Shown here in pieces: positions 44,343-56,949 of a DNA stretch of 64,000 bases. Source of the stretch: Octopus vulgaris (Eukaryota); the NCBI GenBank assembly GCA_951406725.2, contig OX597819.1:68076001-68140000 (forward strand). Direction: 5' to 3'. Each line of letters starts with the position of its first letter. Positions within the stretch are counted from its first letter, which is position 1. The position numbers were made by a program, and so were the translations under genes. Under the pieces are notes generated by a model. It was not told the origin of the DNA and searched no databases. It saw only the letters and a program-made list of their open reading frames with translations.

Positions 44343-44924
44343 AAAAGAAGTTGATGGTGATAATGATGATGATGATGATGATGATAAAGAAGGAGGGGAC
44401 GATATAGTGGAGAAAGAAAAAGTATAATACAAATAATCACAACAATATCAACAACAACAATAACAAACGAATATACATGACACCTTTTGCTCCACAGTTA
44501 CCTAAGAACAGATGGTAATCGCAATGAATTCACAGCAGAGATTGCCATTTCTTTCGTTAAGCAAGAGTCCCTCAAAGCAAATTTGTGTATTTTTAGTTGA
44601 AATGTTCAGCAAAAATTCATGCGTCAGTTACTTCCTTCACCATTCAACCGAACTTAAAATTTATCAAAATTTCTTTTCCTCCCCTCCTCCACACCCGCCA
44701 CTTCTCTCTATCTCTCTCTCTGTCACTCTCACTCTCACGCTCTCTCTCTCTCTCTCCCATTCCCTTACATACACGCGCCTGCGCATTTATTTTCGTTTAC
44801 GAACAGAAACACAGAAGTAAGTACAAATAAAATGATTCCTTATCTTTCTTAGAATATGTGTATATGTGTATATGCACGTATACATATATCTCTTTTACTT
44901 GTTTCAGTCATTTGACTGTGGCCA

Positions 44925-44975
<51 letters not shown>

Positions 44976-45075
44976 TAGATAGATAGATAGATATATTCGC
45001 ATGTATATATACACACACATATACATAAACTTACAAATACATATGTATATACATATATATATTTATACATATAAC

Positions 45076-45142
<67 letters not shown>

Positions 45143-45246
45143 TAAATACATATATGTATATATATATATATACGGGCATATACACATATACTGAGAAAAA
45201 TCATTAATCATTTTATTTCTCTCTCTATATATATATATACATACAT

Positions 45247-45325
<79 letters not shown>

Positions 45326-46282
45326 TGTATTTAGGCATATATATATAAAAAATTATGTTTTTATGTATTTGTAGATATATGTAAAGAAGTAAATGATAAA
45401 TATTATGCAGTTATAGAAAGATACATACATGCATGCATACATACATATACACACACATACGTACATACATACATAAATACATACATACATGAAACATCTT
45501 TCGTTGATGAGATGTGTTGGAGAATTACATCAAACTGCAGATGATCTCCAGATTGTGTATTGCATAAGCCGGAAATACGAAAGGAATAACACCAATATAA
45601 TTTCATATAAAGTCACAAGATCAGCCTCAGCCTTAACCATGTTGTTAAGTAGGAAGTTCGCTACGAACCGGCTGGTTCGGTGTTCAATCTCATTGCTTGT
45701 AGATTTCTGTAAGTGTTTTCTCTTTTAGCTACAAGTTTACCAATCTAGTGACTGGAAACTAAGCAGCTATATGTCTTGTGTACATTCGTTTACCATTTCA
45801 TCTTTTTCAATCATTGGATTTCTTCCATGGTGGTGCATTGCCTTAAAGGTTGTTGTCAACTAGTCGATCCAAACGATCCTAGTAATTATGAGTATAAGTT
45901 TAGATTTAGCGGGGACCTTGACTGTAGAACGAACTGATCAGTTGAGCTAGGGAGTAATCGATAACAATAAATATAATAACATATATTGGGCAGCGACCTG
46001 TTTAATCCTGTATGCTTACTCATTGTACAAAGGAAAAAATAAAAATGCGGTTGCAGATTGTATAAATAAAAGCAAGGGAAAAGCAATCATGGTAGTGGTG
46101 GTGGTGGTGGTGGTGGTGGTTGTGGTAGTGGTGGTGGCGGCGGCGGCGGTGGCAGTGATGGTGGTGTTCATGATGATGATGGTGTTGGTGAAACAACAAC
46201 AACAACAATAATAATAATAATAACCATAATCATGATGATGGTTTCAAACTTTGGCCCAAGGCAGCAAGTTTAATGTAAGGAG

Positions 46283-46418
46283 TATGTCGATTACATCGAC
46301 CCTAGTGTTCAACTGGTACTTAATTTATCGACCTCGGCGGAATTCGAACTCAGAATGTAAAGGAGGGCAAAATGCCGCATAGCATTACGCTCGGCGTGCA
46401 ACGATTCCGTCAGCTGGA
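46283..46418 (-). mobile_element. SINE family B, internally deleted
   Basis: 'gtcgattacatcgacccta...gtacttaatttatcgacc|tcggcggaattcgaactc'. Confidence 0.75.
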
Positions 46419-46429
46419 GCATACGGCTG

Positions 46430-46815
46430 AGATAAGAAACGCAGATATGGTTACAGAGGACAAAATAAAGAAAGAGCGTAAGATCGGAGATTTTGCAATT
46501 TCCTCTGATAGGATACGATACGAAACCAACTGGAAAACGTGAGAGATACCAGGAACAAGACAGAGAGCTAAAGAGACGGTCGAAGATTAAGATAAGAATT
46601 GTTTCTGAAGTAACTGGTGCACTTGGCACCGCATCAAAGATGCTGTCTAAAAGAGTGAAAGAGTCAAGGATTAAATCTTGAATTGCTGAGACGCAGAAAA
46701 GTAAATATCGTTTATTCTGCAAGAATCCTAAGGACTATTCTTGAGATTTCAGGTGACTTGTTTTTATCAAACTTCAATTCCTGCTAATTGGATCAGCGTG
46801 GGCTAGCTTAATAGC
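46430..46815 (+). mobile_element. R4/Dong-like LINE 3' remnant
   Basis: 'ERYQEQDRELKR...IVSEVTGALG' resembles the RLE C-terminal 'KY..L..E.....V.P...GALG'. Followed by (TAC)n(TAA)n. Confidence 0.6.
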
Positions 46816-46817
46816 AA

Positions 46818-46920
<103 letters not shown>

Positions 46921-46957
46921 TATAATTATAATAATAATAATAATAATAATGATGATG

Positions 46958-46997
<40 letters not shown>

Positions 46998-47397
46998 GTG
47001 GAGGAGGAGGTGGTGGTGGTGGTGATCGTGATGTTGGTGATGATGATGATGATTATGATTATGATGGTGGTGGTGGTGGCGGTGATGATGATAGTGATGG
47101 CAATTTCATTCACAATTTCATTGAATGAAGGGACTAAACAATGGCGACAACAAGTCAAATAGAAATTGCCGCAGTTGCATAACTTGCGCATCATCACCGC
47201 TATAAGGATGCTGCGATATGGGTTTCACCTGGACAGTATATTCACAAGAAAAGATAACTATGTCACACCTATTCGTTCGGTCGATATCTTGCCTAATACA
47301 GTTAAATTCTATAGCTCCAGATCATATCTCATACAGCAGACATGGAGACTACATAATACAGATATGTATGGCATATAATAATAGCAATATACATGGC

Positions 47398-47481
<84 letters not shown>

Positions 47482-47498
47482 GTATATGTGTGTGTGTA

Positions 47499-47544
<46 letters not shown>

Positions 47545-47594
47545 CATAAATATATATTTACATTTATATGTATATATATATGTATATATACATG

Positions 47595-47625
<31 letters not shown>

Positions 47626-47709
47626 GTATATATATATAAATATATACATATACATATGTATACATATGTATATGTATATATACACATATATATATGCATA
47701 TATATACTC

Positions 47710-48112
47710 TTTTATTCTTCGATTTGTTGCCATGCTGGAGCACCGCCTTTAGTCGAACAGATCGACCCTAGGAGTATTTTGCCGAACAGCTAACTTACGG
47801 AGACGTAAACACGCCAACATCGGTTGTCAAGCGATCGTGGGGTGTCGGGACAAACACAGACACAGAAACAGACACACACACACACGCACGCACGCACGTG
47901 CGCGCGCGCACACACACACACGCACATATATATATATATATACATATATACGACAGGCTTCTTTCAGTTTCCGTCTACCAAATCCACTCACAAGTCTTTC
48001 GTTGGCCCGAGGCTATAGTAGAAGACACTTGCCGAAGTTGCCACGTAGTGGGACTGAATCCGGAACCATGTGGCTGGTAAGCACTCTACTTATCACACAG
48101 CCACTCCTGCGT
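47710..48112 (-). mobile_element. SINE family A, full length
   Basis: Reverse complement of the 52993-53468 type. Confidence 0.88.
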
Positions 48113-48429
48113 CTATATATATACACACATATACCTACACACACACACACATATATATATATACATGTATACATATATATATACACACACACATATATAT
48201 ATATATATACATAGATTCATTATATATGTAGTTGCATACATACGCGTTTAAATATGCGTTCTTCCACCTAATTGCTTCTCTCTTTCACTTTCCCTCTTCT
48301 CCCGACTCTCTCTCTCTCTCTCGGCCTCTGTATCTATGTGTGTAAATATATATATTTGGGTGTGTAATATGTGTGTACAAGTTGTGGTGAATACATTGAC
48401 GTCTATATTACGCCAAAATGAAACTAACT

Positions 48430-49525
48430 CTGACATGTCATTTTAACAGATATATTTGCCAAAATTACATAAAACTATCTCTAAATACTAAAGAGTAAAT
48501 TTATTCAATAAAATCGCCATTGGATTCAACTACTGTCTGTAGACGACATTGGAATTTCCTGCAACTTTACAGTCTGGGTAGTTAGGTGGCCAGATGTTAA
48601 AGGGGATGTGATCGAGAAGTTGTTTGACAGCCATGACTGAATTCTCCCGCTTGTGTGGCATTGTGTAGAGTCCTATTACCAGACATAGGGTCTTCTAATA
48701 GCCATCCTCTTGATCCAAGGCAGTACTACCTCCTCCAGGCACCTAGTACAAGCCTCTGTGTTGTGTCAGAGAGTATGTGAGAAGATGAATGGAGGCATAA
48801 CGTCGCCATCATTAGTGATTACTTCAAACACCATGATGTTGACTAGATGTTTTGATTTTCATCACTCTTGGTACATGTTTTGGGGACAAAGCAAGCCAAC
48901 GTTTGTTTTGTGTGTTCATCATCTGATCCTGACAGAAAATTTTCTCGTCTGCGAAAAACAACACCATGTTCGATAGTAGAGTATGCTTAAGTTTGTTCAA
49001 AAGCTCCGTAACGCACTATTTTCTCTTGTTCTCGGTGGCTTGGGATAAAAATTGGCACTTTCTCATCTCTATGAGGAATACCGAATCTCTTCATGCACTA
49101 TCTGCCTGATATGAAACTGAGATATTCTCATGTCCCTGGTGATGGGCCTGATTGACTTGGAGGGATCGTTGTCAATCACGGTCTGGAATTCATCAACAAA
49201 TTCAGAAGTTCTTTTCTCATCAGAACGGTCAGAGGGAGTTTTCCGAGCTGCCGTACCTTCGTAATCACCATTAGACTCATCGAACTCATTCCGAATGCTC
49301 TGTATTGTCATCAGATTGACACCAAAATACATTAATACTGGAGGGTCCGGCGCGAATTCCAAGCTTTAAAGAACGTCGTTTCCAAATTTCTGGCTGAGTG
49401 AATTGCTTCATGGTGCTGCTTTTAAACAGACGGTGCACAACTGACCTTACTATATTTTGTAGTCGACCGAATCAAATGTAAACAATGCGCATGCACGAAA
49501 TTAAAAAATATAAAATAGCAACAAT
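48430..49525 (-). mobile_element. Degenerate Tc1/mariner (maT/DD37D-like) transposase remnant
   Basis: Minus strand reads 'HLVNIMVFEVITNDGDVMPPFIF', 'IWPPNYPD' and 'VIDNDPSKSIR'. Terminus TA|CAGGGTGCG at ~49515-49524. Confidence 0.7.
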
Positions 49526-49580
49526 TTACCCTTCGCACCCTGTACATACATAGATACATGTATATATATTTATATATATA

Positions 49581-49643
<63 letters not shown>

Positions 49644-50746
49644 CTAACCATGGGATTGCACCTAGAAAGTTACCCTCCCAGGCACAAGTCCGAGCAAGGT
49701 TGTTTAACGAAGAGCAGCAGTCGCCCATGCATACCGGCCTCCCCTCTCCACGCCACCAGTGCTATCCATATATGTATGTGTGTGTGTGTGTGTGTGTGTG
49801 CGTGTGTATGTGTATAAGCATATGTGTGTGTTTGTCTTTGTGTCTGTTTGTCATTCACCACCGCTTGTCTCGACAACTTGTACTGCTTTGTTTACGTCCC
49901 AGGAACTTAGAGGTTGGGCAAAAGGGACAATCATATATGTACCACACCTAAAGAATAACTTCTGGTGTCAATCTGTTCCCACAAGAACACTTCAAAATCT
50001 TGCCCCAGCATGGCCGCAGTGAAACGACTGAAATAGGGAAACAACTCGGCTGGTCAACTCTTCTAACGAGACACCTATATAAAAAGCACAGCTCTAAATT
50101 ATCAAGACCGGATACTTTCACTTAGCCGGGTTGCGTTGTCTGTACACACGGCAGGAATATCAGGTACAAACGCCACTGCAAGGAGTCTTGATATTCAATA
50201 TTCAGTTAATATTGTTTGGGTGTGCGGATTATACAGACGAAGCAAGGTGCTTCAATTAAAGTAACTAATTCAACATAATCTTAATTATATTCTAAATATA
50301 TACAGAATATATGTGTGTGTGTGCGGGGGTATGTCTTCGTGTCTATGTTTATCTCCACGTCAACGCTTCACAAGCAGTGATTTTGTGTTTACGTCCCCGT
50401 AACTTAGCGGTCCAGCAAAATAGATCGACAGTTGAAGTACCAGGATTTTAAAAAAATTAGTAAGTATTAGTGTCCGATTCATTCAACTAGAAATTCGCCA
50501 AGACGGTGCCCCAGCATGGTCGCAGTTTCATGTATGTGTTGGCGCACCGTTTTAAGGATAGCCAGCAGTTAATGCTTCTTTCTGTTATGTTGAAGAGAGT
50601 TGAGCTCATACAATGAACGATATTTGAAATTTTAAACGGAAAATGTTTCAAAGAAATTTATATGAACAGTAACCAATTTTAAATAAAGCAAGAAAAATTA
50701 TTGATATAAATAATATATATATATATGGGAGTGTGTCTGTATATTC

Positions 50747-50825
<79 letters not shown>

Positions 50826-50927
50826 TACATATATATACATATATATACATATATATACATATACATATATACATATATACACATATATATATATACATAT
50901 ATATATATATACATATATATGTATATG

Positions 50928-50978
<51 letters not shown>

Positions 50979-51084
50979 GTATATGTATATATATATATAT
51001 ATATACACATAAATATACATATATATATATATATATGTACATGTATATATAGAGAGGTAAGCTTGTAGTCTATGGATGTATGTT

Positions 51085-51144
<60 letters not shown>

Positions 51145-51220
51145 AATATACATATATACATATATATATATGTACATGTTTATATATAAAGGTATGCATG
51201 TGTGTCTATGGATGTATGTT

Positions 51221-51258
<38 letters not shown>

Positions 51259-51629
51259 CATGAATATTTCAGTAAGTATTTTATATGGATTTTCATAGCA
51301 ATCACGTCAGTTCTCTCTTTTTTTTTTATAACATATACAACAAGGCCTAGCGTAGTTGAATAAGAATTAGACATAGAGATATGGTTTAGGAAGGAAGTGA
51401 TAGACATTGAAAGAGATTCTTCAATTCCAGATAAGCTACTACAGGCAAAATTATGAGAAAATATGAATGAAGGATAAAGAGAAAAAATATGATTGATGAA
51501 AGAAAAAAGAAAAACAAAAAACGAAAGATCATTATTAGGAAATAAAATCAACTTGAAATATATATTACGAAAAAAGCAACTTCTACCATATTGATTAGGA
51601 TAGAATGTTGATGATGCTAATGTTCAACA

Positions 51630-51707
<78 letters not shown>

Positions 51708-51899
51708 CAACAACAACAACAACAACAATAATAATAATAATAATAATAACATTAATAATAAGTAGAAGAACGATGATGATGATGATGATGATGATGATTA
51801 TGGTGGCGGTGGTGGTGGTGGTTTTGATGGTGGTGGTGGTGGTGGTGATGGTGGTGATGGTGGCCGTGGTGGTGGTTTTGATGGTGGTGGTGTTGGTGT

Positions 51900-51934
<35 letters not shown>

Positions 51935-52064
51935 GTAATGACTATGACGATGATGGTAGTGATGATGATGGTGATGATCATGATCATGATCATGATGATG
52001 ACGACGGAATTCTAAAAATAACAACACTAACGCATTGAAAAGAATAAGAGAGATATTGAAGGAA

Positions 52065-52131
<67 letters not shown>

Positions 52132-52310
52132 CGAGTAACTTTCAAATAAGACATGAAAAGAGCGAAATACAAAAGGCTGAAATCTTAGGAAAATAACAAT
52201 AACCAACACAATAACGGAGACATTTACAATAGCAACAGCAACAACAACAATGATAATGATAAAGATATCGTCATCATCATCATCATCATCCTCTTTAGTA
52301 GTAGTAGTAA

Positions 52311-52397
<87 letters not shown>

Positions 52398-52445
52398 CGG
52401 TGGTGGTGGTTGTAGTTGTAGATGTAGTAGCAGCAGCAGCAGTAA

Positions 52446-52477
<32 letters not shown>

Positions 52478-52605
52478 TTGGTGGTGGCGGTGGCGGTGGC
52501 GGTGGTGGTGGTGGTGGTGGTGGTAGTAGTAGTAATATCAGCCGGAACGTTGTGTTAATAAGAAGAAAGATGAGGACAAATATCCGTTAAATGTAAATAA
52601 TGTAA

Positions 52606-52639
<34 letters not shown>

Positions 52640-52670
52640 GTGTAAGTGTGTGTATGTGTGCTTTTTTTTG

Positions 52671-52704
<34 letters not shown>

Positions 52705-52724
52705 CTGTATATACATGTGTGTGT

Positions 52725-52755
<31 letters not shown>

Positions 52756-52992
52756 TTCTCTTGGGGAATGATACCCTTTTCTTGTAATGATTATATGTAT
52801 CCAACAACAGTTTGCATGTCCATCACTCTTAGCCCCCTCCATCTGTAGGTTATGTGCATTACAACAATTACGTAATTCAGACCTCCCAGAAACAGCTGTC
52901 GAGTTGAAAATCTATGCATTCTCCCCTTAGTCTTCTATATTTCTTACATTATATTTAAAAAATAATTTGTCAATATATATATATATATATAC

Positions 52993-53154
52993 AGGCGCAG
53001 GTGTGCCCTGTGGTAAGTAGCTTTCTTACCAACAAGATGGCTGCGGGTTGAACCCCGATGCGTGACACCTTGGGCAAGTGTCTTCTACTATAGACAAGGC
53101 GCGACGAAAACCATGTCAGTGTATTTGGTAGATGGTAACTGACAGAAGCCCGTC

Positions 53155-53189
<35 letters not shown>

Positions 53190-53200
53190 CGTGTGTGTGT

Positions 53201-53269
<69 letters not shown>

Positions 53270-53468
53270 TGTGTGTGTGTCTGAGTTTGTCCCCGGATGA
53301 TCACTTAACAGCAGATGCAGATGTGTTTACGTTGCCGTAACGTAGCGGTTCAGCAAAAGAAACCGATAGAATAAGTACTAGGTCTCCTGGGTCGATTTGT
53401 TCGAGTAAGGGCGGTGCTCCAGCATGGCCGCAATCGAATGACTAAAACAAAAGAATAAAAGAATAAGA
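52993..53468 (+). mobile_element. SINE family A, full length
   Basis: tRNA-like head ('tggtaagtag', 'gggttgaaccc'), 'accttgggcaagtgtctt', central (TA)(TG)n, and tail 'ggtgctccagcatggccgca...gactaaaac(aagaata)n'. Confidence 0.9.
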
Positions 53469-53477
53469 ATATATATA

Positions 53478-55985
53478 ACGGGAAGCTTTATGAAAATAAA
53501 CAAAAGACGAAGGCAGGTGGAATACAAACAAACAATTTTATTAGTATGGCGCTCAGGAATATAAATAAAACAAGTATTTTACGTTTCGAGCCTACGCTCT
53601 TCAACAGAAAGATACACAGAAAACAAACACGGAGAGAAACAAGGAGAGAAGAAAAAATGCGTACAGAAGCTAGCGAATCAACATGGCGATCTGATTCCGG
53701 CCAGAAGTCAAAGATCAAACGTGAGACGCAAGAGCGAAAATAGGGGAGATAGCAGGGTCAAATGACCACGCCCCAACATAAGGGTGTGTGTGTGTATGAG
53801 AGTGTACGTAGTGCGTATGAGAGGTCTGGACGTGTGTATGTATGTATGATGTGATGTGTAATGTCGTATGGTGTAGTGTAGAGAGAGGAGATGAGGGGAG
53901 AGGGGAGGAGTGGGGGGATAAGGGGGAGAGAGGGGAGAGCGGGAAGGGGAGAGGAAGGAAGGAAGGAAGGAGGAAGAGAGGAAGAGGGGGAAGTGAAGGA
54001 GGAGGGGAAGAGGAGGGGAAAAGGAAAGAGGAGAAGAGGAGGGAGGAGGGAGAAGGGGGAAAGGTGAGAGTGAGGAGGGGGAGAGGGGGAGATGAGATGA
54101 GGGGAGGGGGGAAGAATGAAAGAGGAGAAGAGGAGGGAGGAGGAGGGGAAGGGGAGAAGGAAGGAGAGGAGAAGAGGAGGGGAGAGGAGGAAGGAGGATA
54201 GAGAGGAGGAGGGAGGATAGAGAAGAGGAGGGAGGATAGAGAGGGGGAGAGAGAAGTGGAGTGAGGGAGCAGAGAGAAAGAGGGAAGGGGATGAGGAGGG
54301 AAAGAGAGTAGGGGTGAAAGGATGAAGGACTGAAGAGAAGTAATGGTCGGGGGGAGGTTAGATGAGGTGGGGAGAGGAGAGAGGGGAGAGGGGGGTTAGA
54401 TGAGGAGGGGGGGAGAGTTGAGACCAAATGGCGTAAAAGAGCGAAGAGAGAAGATTAATTCCTGTTCACGGCGCAAACGGGAATCCGGATGGCCTCTGTG
54501 GAAGGACAAACCGAACACAGACAGATGTTGCAAGGAGTGATCGGTGGAGCGGAAATGGCGTGAGACCGGTGTGTCGTTGGCAAGGCGAATGTCACGGAGG
54601 TGTTCCGCGAACCGGTCAGCCAAGCGGCGTCCCGTTTGTCCGATGTACAGGGAATGGCAGAGAGAGCAAGAGATGCAATAGATGATATTGCTGGAGGTGC
54701 AGGTGAAGGAGTTGATGATGCGATAGGGTCGATGATGGGTGCCAGTGAGGAGGGTGGTGTTGGAGAGGTAAGGGCAAGTGCGGCACGTGGGCGGGAGCAG
54801 GGGAACGAGCCAGGTTGGGAAGTAGGGTCAGGGAAGGGGCTGTGGACCAAAAGGTCTCGTAGGTTATGGGCTCGTTTGAAGGAGGGGAGGGGTCGGTTAG
54901 GGAAGAGGTGTGAAGTGGACGGGTCGGACTGGAGATGCCAGAAAGCTCGAAGAATGGTGCGTTGGAGAGGTAGGGTCGTGGGGTGGTAAGTGAGGGGAAA
55001 AGGGAGGCGGGAGACTACAGGGCGTGTTCGGGAGGAGAGAGCAGATGCACGGTCTACGGAACGTGCTCTTGCAAGGGCGGTGTGGTTAGTGGTGAGGGGT
55101 ATCCACGTAGGATGAAGTGGTGAGCCATGTGTTGAGACTGAGTCTCAAAGTCATGGTTGTCACTACAGAGCCTACGTAGACGGTGGAATTGGGAATAGGG
55201 GATGGAAAGCTTTGTGTGTTTTGGGTGGGAGGAAGAGAAGTTTAGGTATGAGTGTAAATCTGTGTGTTTGTAGTGAATGGAGGTGGTGAGAGTGGAGTGA
55301 TGAATGCTGACCGAAATGTCGAGGAAGGAGACAGAGGTGTTGGAGATAGTGGAGGTGAAGTGGAGGGCTGGATGGAAGGATTGAACGAAAGAGAGGAAGG
55401 AGTCTAGATGTTCACGGGAGAGTGAGGTGGCACCGATAATGTCGTCAATGTAACGACCGTATAGTTCAGGAGTGGGACCAGTGAAATTAGAGAATATTTG
55501 GGCCTCAACATAGCCAACGAACAGGTTCGCATAGTAGGGCCCATTCGCGTTCCCATGGCCACTCCCGAGATCTGAAGGTAGAACTCACCCGCGAACGAGA
55601 AGCAGTTGAGAGTAAGGACAAGTTCGGCCAGACGAATGAGTGTGGAGGTGTCAGGTTCAGGGTTGGGGCGGAGGTCGAGAATGTGTTCAAGTGCCCGCAG
55701 TACTTCGTGGTGAGGTATGACGGTATAGAGGCTCTGGATGTCCATAGTAAAAAGGATTTTGGAGGAGCCGGGAGGAAAGGAGAAAGAGTTGAAAAGCCGG
55801 AGAGCATGGTTGGTATCGTGGATATGGGAGGGAAGAGACGCCACTAGGGGGCAAGAACACGGTCGAGGTATTTAGAGATGAGCTCCGTGGGGCAGTTACA
55901 GGCGGAGACGATGGGGCGGCCAGGGTTGTTGGGTTTGTGGATTTTGGGGAGGAAGTAAATGGTGGGGGTGCGTGGGATTCGCACA
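53478..55985 (-). mobile_element. 5'-truncated, frameshifted, C-rich PLE (RT + GIY-YIG) with polypyrimidine tract and terminal repeat
   Basis: Motifs '[18 protein letters not shown]', 'LFTMDIQSLYT', 'GVAMGTRMGP', 'RYIDD' (~55441-55455) and 'DRFAEHLRDI...VSRHF'. The terminus is shared with 20650-20830. Confidence 0.92.
53575..53612 (-). ncRNA. Minimal hammerhead-like motif (CUGUUGA variant), second copy
   Basis: Minus strand reads TCTTT-CTGTTGA-A-GAGC-gtag-GCTC-GAAA-CG-TA-AAATA. Confidence 0.5.
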
Positions 55986-56410
55986 ATTAGGTTATATATA
56001 CATATACATATATACCTACACACACACATATATACACACACACGTGCATACATGTATGTGTAGTCATATATATATATAAGCCTAATCGTGTTTATGTACA
56101 TCAGTAGCTCTCTTTCTCTCTCTTTCTATATATGTATGTATGTATGTATTTATGTATGTATGTATATATATACTTATATATAATATATGTCTATATCTAT
56201 CTATCTATGCATATATATATATATATATATAGATATATATATATATGGGTGTGTGTGATTGTGTATAGAAGAATATATTAATAAAAAGAATTCCAACCTT
56301 GTCTGATTTTCACGTTTTATTTACAATCTTATAATGATATATTATAAGATAATATATTATAATTGAATAAAATAAAATGAAATAGTAGAATGTTAAATAT
56401 TCATTCTGAT

Positions 56411-56455
56411 TGAACTAGTACTTTCATGCATTGAATTCTGCAATCTTCGGGTTCA
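56411..56455 (-). ncRNA. Minimal type I hammerhead variant in the 3' pLTR
   Basis: Minus strand reads TGAAC-CCGAAGA-T-TGCA-gaattcaa-TGCA-T-GAAA-GTAC-TA-GTTCA. Stem III is the palindrome AGTACT. Confidence 0.7.
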
Positions 56456-56949
56456 TGTAGTAGTGTTGACAGTCATGCTTCACAATTTTTGACTGTAGCA
56501 AGATGAGTGATTCTGTGCTATAAATACAGCTGGGTAGGCTCCAGAGTGCTAGGTTTTGCAAACTGTATTCTGACCAATCAGTGTGTAGTATCACTCAATT
56601 ACTTAAGCTGATTGGTTGGTTGAGCTGATTGGTTTAGGCATCACGCTTTGTTGGACAGGTCAAGAGTCCTGTATCTTGACCCTGGCCGAAGCAGCAATTG
56701 TTGGGTTATTTTTAGAAATGTTGTAAATATCCTTTGTCAGAGATTTTTATATTTTTATATTTCAATTGTCATCATCATCATTGTCAGCACCTTAATTATT
56801 GTTGCTAGTGGTGATGGTGGTGGCAATAGAACTTTTAACCCTAAATAAGATAATTTTCCTGCTATCTTCGTCTTGATCACCTTTAGTATTGTTGTTGTTG
56901 TTAGTGGTCATGGTCGTAGCAGTGGAAGTAATACCTCTAAGTATTATTA

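Noticed and set aside
52993-53070. tRNA gene
   Set aside because: It has A/B-box-like motifs but no full cloverleaf, and it continues into a SINE body.
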